DNA of 60,778 bases, filler included, from Sluysia triapertura (Eukaryota): assembly GCA_046118255.1 (NCBI GenBank). It is 4 parts of 4 records of this genome, joined end to end, with 100 filler letters (N's around TTAATTAATTAA, not from the genome) between each part and the next. Parts side by side here need not be neighbours in the genome. Positions count along the whole stretch, not along the records: positions 1 to 15,672 come from JBJNIA010221910.1; 3 more parts are not named here. One strand, written 5' to 3'. Position numbers and translations under genes: made by a program. The notes beneath the pieces are model-generated. The model was given only the letters and a program-made list of their open reading frames with translations, was not told the origin of the DNA and did not search any database. Positions 1 through 12,538 of this stretch are shown in pieces. How positions within the stretch are numbered: the stretch's first letter is position 1; every line of letters starts with the position of its first letter.

Positions 1-134
1 TTAGGGTTTATGAAGGTTTCTCTTATGATTGTAATTTGTTTGTTGAAATATTTAATGCATGAATGTGGTGAAGTGTTCGAAGTAAAATGTGGAAGTTTAT
101 TATGAGATAGATGGTTGAGATATTAGTTGATTTG

Positions 135-770
135 TTAGTGTTTATAAGTTAGTGAGGTGTTGTGATTGTAGAATGTTGTTTTATGATGTCTATAGTGATG
201 TAATTGTAAAATAAAAGTATGACTATTAAGAGAATTGTATTTTAATGAAATTAGATTTATAATTGTTAGGTTTAAATCTAAGTTAATGTTATTATAATTA
301 TGAATATGAGCAATATTACGATAATCATTGTAATAAATACCAATGGATGAGTAGTATCTAGATGATTTAGGTAGGTACGTTTCGTGTAGTATTAAATGGT
401 CACTTTTACTAATATTACATTTTGGTATATACATTTTGTTTGATACTAAATGTTCATTATTACTAATATTACTACTAAGTCTTTTGTCTAAATCGTGATC
501 AAATATATGATCTTTATAGTTGTCACGATGTGAAGTAATTCGTTTAAAATCTTAAGCAAATTCAATTCGTGAAGAAAATACATCTAAATCATTACCATAT
601 CGATTACGTACATCTTGAGCATAACGTTTATCATCAAAAACTACAAAAATAAAAAGTGGTTCATTAAGAATTTTAATATCTATAAATAAAAGCTTAAAAC
701 ACCAAAAATGTTTGTTAAATTCTGATACTGAACAATCTGTTGTCATGAAGACATAATAACTGTTAAGATT
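135..770 (-). pseudogene. Decayed intronless SR-protein (SRSF1/SRSF9-like) RRM fragment with a low-complexity tail
   Basis: ORF 552-746 (TTDCSVSEFNKHF..DIKI..FIFVVFDDKRYAQDVRNRYGNDLDVFSSRIEFA) resembles the SRSF RRM (FAFVEFDDPRDAEDAV.GRDGYDFDG.RLRVEF). It is followed by a stop and a His/Asn/Tyr-rich tail. No introns are visible. Confidence 0.55.
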
Positions 771-3284
771 AGGTTAAAAACCGTCTTTTGTAGCTCCTGA
801 TCCGATGTACCATTCGCTCTAGAAGTCATTAAATAAAATGGCTACTGAAAAATTTATTAAGCATGCCCAATCAATAAATTAAAAAGTAATAATAATTATT
901 ATTATTAAATTTTAACTATTAAGTGTATCACTACATACGCTATACTCGGAGAAAAGTATTTCATAACCATGTATATAGCTTTATGAGAAAATTTTTGAAA
1001 ACTAAAGAATGAACAACGTTTCAACCGTTATTAACATAATTCGTTTTGAATGAGAAACTTTAACATGTAAAATAAAGTTCTAACAATTAATCCTTTGAAC
1101 TATCAAAACAATAATTGTCTTTTAGTAGCGCATATATATTTAACAATTCTGTATTTACGATAAAAATACTAATAGATTCAATATTTGTTACAAACAATTG
1201 AATAAACCAAACTGGTTTAAAAATCGAGTCGAAACCCGATATATTATGTGAATTGTTTGCTTAAATAATTTCAAATTTTTATCGTGAGATAATATACGAG
1301 AATAGTTAGGTGAAAGTGCAGCTCCACAGTTTGATCGCACATTTCGACCAAAATATAAAATATTATTAATAAATTTCAAAAACATTTTCCTTATAATGAC
1401 TCATTTAAAGGAACAGCTTGAGATACTATAGTAAATCTCAATTTAACTAATTCATGGTCATCATTCAAGAATTTAGGTTCAATTAAACTAAAATCATCTT
1501 TAATTTGTACTAATATCACTTGAATTCGATTCATTGTAAAATTGGTCTCCATTACTGTTGTTATTTCATCATCTTCTACTAATGCATCTAAATTACGCAC
1601 AAGATCAATCACAATGACAAGGCTTTAGTTTCGTGACTTCCTGATATACTGCCAGACAATCGTATCATATAATGATCAACAGGAAACATCTTTTTCAAAA
1701 TTATTCAATCTTCATCATCATCAAACAGCAGCTTAATATTTTTACTTATTTCAAAATTTTTTAAAAAGTGATTTAACAGTTTAACATTTAAACAAATAAT
1801 TTCAAAAATAAAGATCTATATACAAATTAATATGATACAGCAAGAAACAATAAACGCACAATTTAACCTATATGCACCACAATCAGCGTTTCTTGTTAAT
1901 ATACAATTTTCGAAAATACACAAATTACAGAAATATATTTTTTTGATAATAATAATTTTAATATTTGAATTTTTAAGAACAAATAAATAACAAATACAAC
2001 TTATAATGCTATTACTAGTAGTAATAAACAGTATATCACAAAACGGAATAAACTGTATAATATTAAACATGATCAATTTTTTTTGAAAATAGAATCTTTT
2101 AAGATTATATCTACAAAATGTGTGCATAACTTACTACGAATTGTTCGAATTTCTACATCATTATGATTACTACTTGACGTGTTGACTCGATTGAGTTATT
2201 TATTTTTAGATAAAATCATTGATAATTTAACTTCTTCAATCTTTTTATTCATTTCTCGTTCTAAAGCAACCGCAAATTTTAAAACGGGAACTGATTCAAT
2301 AATTGAAATTAAATAAAACACCCAATAAGGAGATTGAATACGATCTTTAACAATAGTAATATGACTAAATGCACTTTAACAACAATATATTGTAAAAAGA
2401 TAAAAATGAAAAATTGGGAGACACAAGAAAAAGGACAGTGCGTCATAATGATGACAAGATGACAATGAGCGTTGTGTTTAAAGAGAATTTTAAGCATTAA
2501 CAATTTTGTAAGGATGAGTGGTGTGGTCTTGTAATTGATATGGGTAAAATTTGTTATTATGTATTTTTTTGTGATGAGATTTATATGATGATTGTTATAA
2601 TTTGTGTAGTGTGTGGGTAGGTAGTTGATCTACTGAGAATGTGCTTCAGTCATACTTTCCACTTAAAATTATACTTCGTCCACTCGCATTAATATTGTTT
2701 TTTCTTTTTCATATTAAGAACTGGCAGTCACATCTTTCACTTGACCAACAGCTTTTTAGTTTCTGTTTGTGAAATAATTGAATTTTCAATGCTTGTTGAG
2801 TAATGCACATAACAAGCCAAATCACTAAAGCTGAAATTTCTATAAATTTATATTAAAAATGTAATATAAAGAAAAATATTATTATCTTATGACGCAACTA
2901 CAATGAATTTTAATTTTTAGGATGAAATAATAAATATTTTGATCAAATCTCTACACCTATTAATCCTTTAATGCAAAGTACGCAACAAATCATAACCAAA
3001 AATCTCTTACGTCATTGTAAATTGTTGAAAAAACTTTATAACAAGGTAGGCAATTATTATTGTGAAGTTGTTTACCAATTGTAACTTAAATTGATTTGAT
3101 TTAAATTGAATTATTAAGTTTAGAATACTTACTTTGTCATGTGATATTATTTAATAAACGTGACATATGGTTATTAATGAATGTTTATAATTTACACTTA
3201 AGTTTTTAAATTAGCTTTAGAACACATGTTTATTCATATTTTTAATCGATATTTAAATTATATTAATTAATAATAAGATATATT

Positions 3285-3783
3285 TCAGTGAAAATCTACA
3301 ATGCTTTCTAAATTAACTATTTCTGATGGTGTCATATGTGTTTCTGAAATAATTCGTGAAGCTCCATACGTATCATTTGCAAAATCAACACCAGCTTTTA
3401 AACCATACATTATATTATCCATAAAAACATGTTCTTTGTTTTTTTTAACATTTTCCATAGAGATTTCTTTAAACATCCTGAACTTGGTTGAAGTATTCTC
3501 CTAAATTGTTTTAAATCACATTCAGTTGTAGATTTACTTTATATGTTTCTTGTGAATATGTTGCTGCATCACATGATACCGGTATTGGAATTGGATGAAA
3601 TAATTCAGTACCATCACTAAGAATCATTTTGTGTTCACTTAAATCATATCTGAAAAAAAGATGATCTCTGGAAACAGGTTCGGTAATTTCAAGCCTGGGA
3701 CGAGATTTCAAACTATTTTCATTTTTCGAGTCATAAATATTAACTTTGTATTTCGATAAAATATTTTTTGTATCTTGTGCCAT
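3285..3783 (-). CDS. Hypothetical protein, ~154 aa, 2 exons (3783-3538, 3500-3285)
   Basis: Two adjacent ORFs join in frame (ETYK|ENTSTKFRMF) across a 37-nt GT..AG intron at 3537-3501. ATG at 3783 has an upstream in-frame stop. Confidence 0.75.
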
Positions 3784-4428
3784 TGTTTCTTCTCCAAGAT
3801 ATTATTGTTTTAAACAAAAAATTTTGTATAAACAGAATAAATCCATATAATAAAATTTTATTTTGAATAATAATAAATTTTTGATATAATAATAAAAACA
3901 GTACATCGATGTTTATAATTTAATTCAATTAATTGATTTTTTAGAGATGATAATAAAATATAATTTTGAAATCTTTAAGTGAAAAATAATTTTATTATTT
4001 AGTGCTCGTTTTCAAGCTTTTCAAGAGAAAAATAAATATATTAAATATTTTAATCTTTTAAATAATAGATTTGATTATGTTTTAGTGACCATTTTTTTAA
4101 ATTCAATATCGAAAATATATAAAATTAATGGTTAAAAAAATTACATATGAAATTATTTTTTCCAAAAACTGTTTATAATAAAAAATTTTAAATTTAAAAT
4201 AAAAAATGTGCATGTTTAATTAATATTATAAAAAGTGTTGATATTATTTAGTAACGTATACATAATTTATACATAATTCATCTGTTATTTATTGATTCAT
4301 TTTGATACAATTTTAATCATTTTGTTTGGTTTCAAGAATTATTTTAATACTAAATTACACTTGAATTAACTATATTGAATATTAATTTTTTAAACTATAT
4401 ATTTGACAAGATATAAATTTTAATTAGC
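3784..4428. promoter_or_regulatory. Probable bidirectional promoter between divergent genes
   Basis: A 645-bp AT-rich gap separates head-to-head ATGs at 3783(-) and 4429(+). Inferred from position only. Confidence 0.35.
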
Positions 4429-4871
4429 ATGACTGATCAAACAGATCCTCATGCAAAAAGCGATTCAGAATTGTTTTTGGAAACAGAAAATTTAAAAAAT
4501 AAAGTATCAGAAGAAAGAAATAAGTTACGAGACGGAAATTGTATTTAATTGATATTTAAATAATTTTATTGTAATAGTGTCTTCTTTAAGTCAAAAATTA
4601 GATCCAGTACCGAGTTTGAATGTAAAAGTTAGACGTTTATTAAAAGGTCACCAAGGACGAGTGTTAAGCTTGGCTTGGTCTCTTGATAAGCGTCACTTAG
4701 TGAGTACTTCACAAGATGGAAAATTGATTGTATGGGATGGATTTACGAATTCGAAAGTATGTTTGATGAATTGTTAATTAATCTATTTAGGAATTTGGCT
4801 TATCAATGGCTACAACTTGGGTTATGGCTTGCGCATACAGTCCTACTGGGAACCATGTGGCTTGTGGGTTA

Positions 4872-4926
<55 letters not shown>

Positions 4927-5202
4927 TTTAGTGGATTGGATAACAAATGTACATTATATCCATTGATAAATGATGATGATCCAGTTTTGAAGAAGCGCCT
5001 TGTTGCTACTCACACATCATATTTAGCTGCTTGTCAATTTAATTTAAGTGAACACCAGCTCCTCACGGGTAGTGGAGACAGTACTTGTGTATTATGGGAT
5101 GTGGAATCTGGTCAGATGATACAAAGCTTCCATGGGCATGCTGGTGATGTTATGTGTCTGGACTTATCGCCATCGGAATTAGGAAGAGTATTTATTTCCG
5201 GG
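4429..5202 (+). CDS. GNB5: G protein beta-5 subunit, 5' part only (exons 4429-4540, 4578-4756, 4791-4867, 4932-5202)
   Basis: Motifs [56 protein letters not shown] and [27 protein letters not shown] match Gbeta5. GT-AG introns of 37, 34 and 64 nt keep the frame. A GTAAGT donor follows at 5203, but the remaining WD repeats were not found. Confidence 0.92.
4871..4923. repeat. (TTA)n microsatellite in GNB5 intron 3
   Basis: Directly visible trinucleotide run. Confidence 0.95.
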
Positions 5203-6744
5203 GTAAGTGATAATTAAATTAGATAAATTAGATGATAATTAAATAAGTGATGATAATTAGACATCAGGACTTTAACTCTTAATGCGTATACCTCAACGTA
5301 TCTTTTCCATTTCCACTATTAAATTTACATTAGAAAAGTTATTCGATTTATGAATATGTTTGAAGCATTTATTTTCATTAGTCAGTTATATATCTTAAAA
5401 TTTCTTGTAGAAAACCGAAGTGGGCACAATTTTTTCAATAAACTTGTAATGACACTTAGAAAACGATGACTATGTTATGTGAAAAATTGAACTAAATAGA
5501 GCCACACATTACAAAAACCACATGCATCAAAAAATGCATGCATATTTACAATTTAGTTTTAGTGAATCTTTTCTTCATTAGAATATTTAAATATGAAAAC
5601 TATGCCGTGTTTGGGAACATTAAAAGACTATAGAGCAAATTGTTTGTTACTTGTGAGAATAATTTTTATTTATTGTCTTTTAATTAATGCTTTTAAAAGT
5701 TAACATCCCAATCCTACATATGTGCATATTTTTCTTTTATATACTTATGTACTGTTATTATTCGATTTAACTTCGATTTGATTAATATTCATGTTGAATA
5801 TGTAAATATTAATATTGTTCCAGTATATTTTATTAAGTTAACGTAAATGTAGCATGATATAATGTATTATCTATGCAAATAATATGGTGCAATGTAATAG
5901 TTAATAATATATTCAATTAAATAATTAATATGAATATTTTTGTAAATCAATCAGTTATTCGATTGGTGATTTAAAAATTAATAAATTATGTGCGTGCTTT
6001 GAATTTCTGACTCTACTGGAAGTATTTTCAATCTTATACTTATACTTATAAAGGTTTAATGAACACATTGTACAACTTTAATTACACGATATAAATAATT
6101 ATCAACTTTAACCACACTTAAAACCTTAATTATACTTTAAATAAAATATAATATAAATATAATGTAATATAATAAAATATAATGTAATATAATCAATGAT
6201 CAATGATTAATAAATCGTAATTGTTTTGTCTATCTATTAAATGTTAGAATGGGTGTGTTTGTATTCGGTTCATGGTTGCTTGTTCTATGCTTGCAAAGGG
6301 CTTTAGTGGGCTTATAATATAATATAATACATAATATATAATTTAACTAGGTCAATTGATAAATTCTTTTAGTGATTAATAACTTGGCTTAAACCATAAT
6401 ACGTAATGTTATCGTTTCTTTAGAGTTAAATTTTTCTTTTCGCAAAATCAATGTATAAAATTGTTTACAATTTTGAGTATGATTTAACGGTTTCGCTTTC
6501 AGAAACCTACCTTATGATACAAGAAACAAACTAATTATTATTGTAATTATCTGCACAATTTGAATTTCAAATTCTGAACAATGAAAATTCTTCTTACAAA
6601 ATTACCGTAATACTAAAATGAAAGTTTAACTGAAGAATTCTTTTTACGAAAATAGAAGTTACTGTTACAACTTTTTTCTGTTTTTTTAATTGTCAATTTT
6701 ATTAAGTTTCAATCTAGTTTTATCTAACTCATTTATTTTTCGGA

Positions 6745-6745
<1 letters not shown>

Positions 6746-6789
<44 letters not shown>
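6746..6789. repeat. (TAT)n microsatellite
   Basis: Directly visible trinucleotide run. Confidence 0.95.
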
Positions 6790-6857
6790 CACTGTTCCTG
6801 TTTATTATTATCATTACATTATTACATTGTTATAATGAAAGTTTTTCAGTGGTTTTA

Positions 6858-7030
6858 TTCTGAACCCACTTTGACATGTCGCCACTTTCCTGAATGCATA
6901 CATACTGCAACAGATAAAACTACTCTGTGACAGGACGGTGTGTTGTTCAAAGAGGGATAACAATGGCAAGAAAATTCGCAAAGAAACACAATTTTATGTG
7001 GCATAGACTAATATGCTGTGTCTTGCTTTA
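6858..7030 (+). mobile_element. piggyBac (PGBD4-like) transposase C-terminal remnant
   Basis: Frameshifted translation LTCRHFPECI..TGRC..CSKRDNNGKKIRKETQFY resembles the piggyBac Cys-rich domain (RHFP...RRC.VC..GKK.RKET.F.C). Confidence 0.65.
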
Positions 7031-7884
7031 AAAATTATCATATTTTAAATAATTGAATTGAACACCAACTTTTCAATATGTTTATTGAACGATGTAGTTT
7101 CAAATTAGTACTTATTTATTATATGTTTCAGAGTAAAGAATACCTTATAATATTTTACATTGACATTATATTTTAGTTAAAATTTGTACGAAAATAAGGA
7201 AGATATAGGGTTATAGTAAATACCGATAATAAGGAAATCTTAAAAAATGCGATAAAAATTAAATTTCCAGGAAAAAGAGACGTCTTATTAAACTAACATT
7301 AAACCAAATTTTATCTAAGTTAAAGTATTGTGAGGATGTAAACGATAACTATTAGATTCCAACCTCTTTATTAAGTAATAATTAAATTACCTTCTAAATT
7401 GTAATAGTATTATATTAATTTTGATAATTAGTAATATTTTAATTAATTAATATAGAAATATTATGTATGAACAAAAAAGCCGGTGAAAATGGTATTATCT
7501 TTATCGAATTTTAAAAGAACATTTAAAAAATAACCATTATTGTTTTGAAAATCCAAAATCAATATTAGATTTATCAATTGATAATATTAATATTGTCAAC
7601 ATAATAATAATTAAAACAATAAAAATCAAAATAAATAAAATTTAGTATACAAAAACAATGTATGTGTTGGTTTGAACGTATTGATATTATAACAATTAGT
7701 TAAAATTAACAAATTATGATTGTTTATTAGCGAAATTAGATTTACTTTATTAAGAAATATTATTAAAACTTTATTATACCGAAAAATATTATATTTCATT
7801 CTTACGTTATTCAATAAAAATATTCCAAAATTTGACAAATTAAAAAAGACATATGAAAACCCAAATTTATTTATAATAATTAGT

Positions 7885-9576
7885 CTAAAAATGTTTGAGA
7901 GTTAATTTCTGAATATACCATGTTCTTCGAGATCCAGTTTCATAAACTAAATAAAAAGATATAATTAAACTATCATCATTATAATTATGTTTTTTATTGA
8001 CTTTAATTTCATCAGGTAAAAGATCATCCAACTGTATTTCTGTGAAATTGTTGGATTCTTTGAGTTCTTTTGTGGATGGATACCGTACTGGAGAAAAAAT
8101 ATCTATAGATGTCAACAAGCCATTTATTCTGCCAAGATGCATACTGGTAATTTTTAGCTCTTCAAGCTCGCTGACGGAGTGAAAGTACTTACATTTCGTA
8201 CCATATCTTGTGCATTTTCTTTCCTCATTGTTATATACGGACATAGAGCCATTTTGTAATGTTTATCAAAGTTGAACTAGAAATGTTTGTATGTAGGGGT
8301 TTGTTGTCCACAGACGATGACTTAAAATAAATATACTCTGCATTATCAATATGAATCTTTGATTGTGGAGCATGGAGATTATTGTTAATGCTTAATGAAT
8401 CAATATTTTGTACAGTAAGTCCCAATTTATTTACCATCGCAATAAAATACTTTTCAATTTCAAGAAATATGAAAGTAGTAGCATAATCTGTTTTAACAGC
8501 TCGTACAGTTTGACTAATACTATGACGATAAGCATCAACAGTTTTTGGAACATTGAGATTGGCAACCATGGCAATATCTTCGAAATCTAATCCTCTACTG
8601 GTAAATGGATGATTAAACATATCACATGCGTTACTTGATTTGGAAAGATTCACATTTTCTTTTTGGCTTCGATCATACTGCCGAAAAGTCTTTAATATTC
8701 ATTTTATTTATAATGGATTCATAATACCACGTGACATAATAAACTTTAACAAATACTAAAACTTTAGATAGGTATGATTTATAAGTATAATGCATTAATG
8801 TTTCACATATTAATCTAAAAGTACCTTTTCTCTAGCATCATTAATCATAGACCAACTACATTGTTTCAACTGTGTTGTAAAATTAATTTCTGATATGGCA
8901 TCAACAAATTGTGGATCGTGTAACAAAGATCTGTACTTTTTTCAACATCACTATAATGTGTTGCTACATACATTTGTAGTTGATTAAAAATCTTTATATT
9001 TTTATTTTTATTACTTAATTTTAATGGCATAATTCGTAAAACTTTATCAATGTCTTCAGCTAATTGATAACTCATCATTTTATCTGCCTCCTCAATTGCC
9101 AAATGTCGTATAGAATAAAGAATTTCTTTAATTTGATTTGTGTGGTGAAACATCATTAAAATTCGACCAGGAGTTGCTACTACAATGTGGACAGCTAAAA
9201 TACTAAGTTCCGTTAGTTGATCGGTCATATCTATATCTCTAGTTGAACGCATTATTTTCAGATTTAATCATTTACTCATTTTTATTAATTGACCATACTT
9301 TTGTATTGTTAATTCAACTGTGGGAATCAAAATCATTGTATACATTAATGGTTGATCGTTATCTAAACATTGTTGAGTAACTGGAATACAATAAGAAACA
9401 TTTTTCCATTGTCGGTTTCAGATAAACCAATAACATCTTTATGTTTCAGTAATAATAGTATAATATGTTGTTGAATTTGAGCTGACTTTAAACATTTTAA
9501 TTTAGAGATATTGTATAAAAGCTCTCTCCGAAAACAAATATTATTGAAGACAAACATAGTCCGAGTAGAATATTAA
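7885..9576 (-). pseudogene. Decayed intronless DEAD-box RNA helicase followed by a CCCH zinc-finger segment
   Basis: Degenerate motifs occur in the expected order across frameshifted ORFs: Q (SAQIQ), I (DVIGLSETDNGK), Ia (LIPTVEL), Ib (VVATPGR), II (IEEADKM), V (RGLDF) and VI (YRHSISQTVRA). The downstream ORF has KCTRYGTKCKYFHSVSEL. Confidence 0.85.
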
Positions 9577-9967
9577 CATACGTTGATTCCTTCTGATCTT
9601 TAATATTAGTTTTTAATTTTTACAAAACATAATTATTTATTATAATGTTGACTCAATCAATAAAAATTAATCTTTTTAAAACAATGAAACTATTCTTGCT
9701 CACTGTCACTGGCTGTCCAATAACAGAACTGTGTGCATTGAGTTTGACGCTTCTCTGTTGATTGGACGTTCAATCAATCACTGAATAAAGGCAATTGAAT
9801 CTGTGAGTATGTGCACTCACATAACTTCACATGTTGACTGAGTGTATGAACAACTGTCAACAAATGACAGTAAATTGTATAGATATTATTTTATTTAAAT
9901 TAAAACTGTAAATTGCTGGCAGTTACAATAAAAGTTGCATAAAATTAAAATTATTGAACAATAAATA

Positions 9968-10394
9968 CTGTAAAATCCCGAGCATAAGCTGCAGCGCGTA
10001 TTAGCTACAGAGAACGTTTTTATGGAAGTGTATTTTTTAGTCGTATAAGCTGCAGCAAGTATTTGTTGCACCATTTGCGTTGATAACACATGATTTTAAA
10101 ATCAGCAACCTATTATTAAAAAACAAATGTCACAGTGACAATAGCCATTTTGTTTTGATTGTTTACATTGTTTACATTGTTTATTGCACTGTTTTGAATC
10201 CTTGATTAAAATGGATAACGATTCTGAACAAAAACAAAAGAAACAACGAAGATCTTTTAGTTCAGCAAATAAATAATCTTATCTTCAATTTGAATTGTAT
10301 TTTAGTTGTATAAGCTGCACATCATATTAGCTGCAATTCAAAAACGTTGCCTTTATGTAAGTATTAGCTGCAGCTTATGCTCGGGATTTTACAG
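9968..10394 (+). mobile_element. pogo/Tigger-type MITE (427 bp)
   Basis: Perfect 28-bp TIRs (CTGTAAAATCCCGAGCATAAGCTGCAGC) flanked by TA on both sides. Subterminal TAAGCTGC/TAGCTGC repeats and an internal MDNDSEQKQKKQRRSFS transposase start remnant are present. Confidence 0.9.
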
Positions 10395-10419
10395 TACATT
10401 CTGTTAATACATTACAAGT

Positions 10420-11000
10420 GACTTTTGAAATATGTGATCTTGAATTGTTAAGCAACAAAATTATATCCTTTCTTTTGATCAATGCTGACCGAATTTCAAA
10501 CATTTTCTGGTGTAAGTGATGCAGTTGCTGAAAGTATATGTCAAACAATACCAATATAATAAATGTATGATATCAGTGACAAGAGTTGAAAAAGAACCTT
10601 TTTGAGTAGTCGGTTTACTTTGTTGATCTGTTTCTCTCAACAATTCAGTCCAAAAGAGATGAAATACTCTATCTTGATAATAAGAAATTACAATTGAGAC
10701 ACTTAGAAATTTTGCTATGCTGACAAATGTGGAACCAAAATACCTCATTTTCGTATCTTTCCCAGTAGTTCAAATGATTTTTAAAACGGTTATGTGGTTT
10801 TTAAATATCATGGTTAATTTTCTGCCTGAAAGTCTTAACTTCGATTCAACGAGTGCGTTGAATCCGATATATCCTGGTTTTCGAAATTACTAATACAGAA
10901 GGTTTTAAAATTTTATTCAAATATTCAGCGCTGCACTTAAGAATGACGCAATACCGAATATAAACCTTATCGTAAAAATATCTAAAAATAATAAGTAATT
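10420..11000 (+). mobile_element. Possible highly decayed hAT transposase fragment
   Basis: Weak translated resemblance only (VQKR*NTL vs V.TRWNS), with many stops. Confidence 0.25.
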
Positions 11001-11272
11001 ATAACCCTACAGCATTTTGTTAAATTTGAGCTATTCAATTTGTATTTCTAATTAGAAATTTTCCTTAAAGACTTTTGGCCTAATATTTTTATAATTCCTT
11101 TCTACGAAGAATTTATTTCGTAATTTTTTGGATTTTGAAATGAATGATATATTAACTAGTATAACTCATTAAAATATTAAAAATAGTGACACTCTTTATT
11201 TTAATGAAGATTTTTCTAATTACATAAATATTTTTTTTAATTTATACTTAAAAACTTCGTTTTTTATTGTAG

Positions 11273-12284
11273 ACAAAATTTTACGGTCCTCTATTTAATG
11301 GTGCGATTGTTGGTGAAAATGAATTACCAGGTTTAGTTCGAGCCACTGCTGTCAATGCCGGTAAAGCTATACGGGAACATAAACAACATTTTCGAGAATA
11401 GTATGAAAATTTTAATTACATATATATTATAAACTTATTATGATTATGGAGATTTATAATTTATATTTTAAAAATGTAAAGGTATAAAATTTATTGAAAA
11501 TAAATAAATTATCATTTTACTATAGCTTAATACGTATAAATTTAACATACAATTTAATTTATTTTTAGTTATATCGAAAGAGCAGAATATCTAGAAGAAG
11601 CGATTGCAAATTATAAGTTAAATTTGAGTTTTGAAAAATTTGCAGAATGCGTTTATGGAACGAAAGGTTTGAAACATTTTTTTAGAATCGTTTTTTTATT
11701 TTATGATTTTTATTTCATTTTTGTCAATTTTAATATAAAACTAGTACAAGGTGAGACTTAAATGATTCATAAAAAACAAAAGATGCAAGAATTAAATTTT
11801 AACATTCATTATCAACGCAGTTTATTTACTTTTAGAGTTACTTTTTAAAGAATATATAATGCAGTTGAATTTCTTAGAGTCATTAGGTTTCTACTTTTAA
11901 AGGAAACTGGGAAAAATTGTTCAGTAGCTTGAATATTGAAGAAACGCGATGAGATGTTAATCTATGAAAAATGAAGCTTTTCTTCAAAATGAAATTTTCT
12001 GTTCTTGGTAAAACGCTAAAAAATTTTCTTAATATAAATAGAAATTACACTGAAAAGTAATGACTTTTTTCCTTGTTTTTATATTTCCTTTTTCTATGCG
12101 AGTGCAAGATTTTTACACGATGACCAGTCATACTAACATCATGTATAAAGTAGGAAAAATAAAATTTTATGCGAATAAATATTAAAAGCTTGTAATTAAG
12201 AAGTGGTAATTTTTATTGCAATTGTAAGCAAGTATAATTATTTTTGTGTAGTGAAAAATCATTTAATTGATTATTATTCATTAG

Positions 12285-12351
<67 letters not shown>

Positions 12352-12538
12352 GATTCATCTCAGAAACCTCCTCAAACTGAACTGTATCCCACAGTTGATA
12401 CAAATAAAAATATAGCTTCACGAGGTTCTGATATTTTAGGTAATTTTATAAATTTTATTGGTTTTTAATATATTTTATGTTATACTTTTATTTATTTTCT
12501 CAATAGATTGGCATTATAATCTCGAAATACTTAAATAA
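11273..12538 (+). CDS. RALGAPA: Ral GTPase-activating protein alpha subunit, 3' exons (11273-11400, 11569-11666, 12353-12439, 12507-12538)
   Basis: TKFYGPLFNGAIVGENELPGLVRATAVNAGKA..YYIERAEYLEEAI..LSFEKFAECVY matches the RalGAP-alpha C-terminus (FFGPLFDGAIV..LP..VRATAINASRA..FYEERARYL..FEDFAAQVF). Splice phases are consistent. TAA at 12536-12538. Not in the ORF track because the exons are short. Confidence 0.88.
12286..12350. repeat. (TTA)n microsatellite abutting the 3' splice site
   Basis: The run ends directly at the AG at 12351-12352. Confidence 0.95.
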
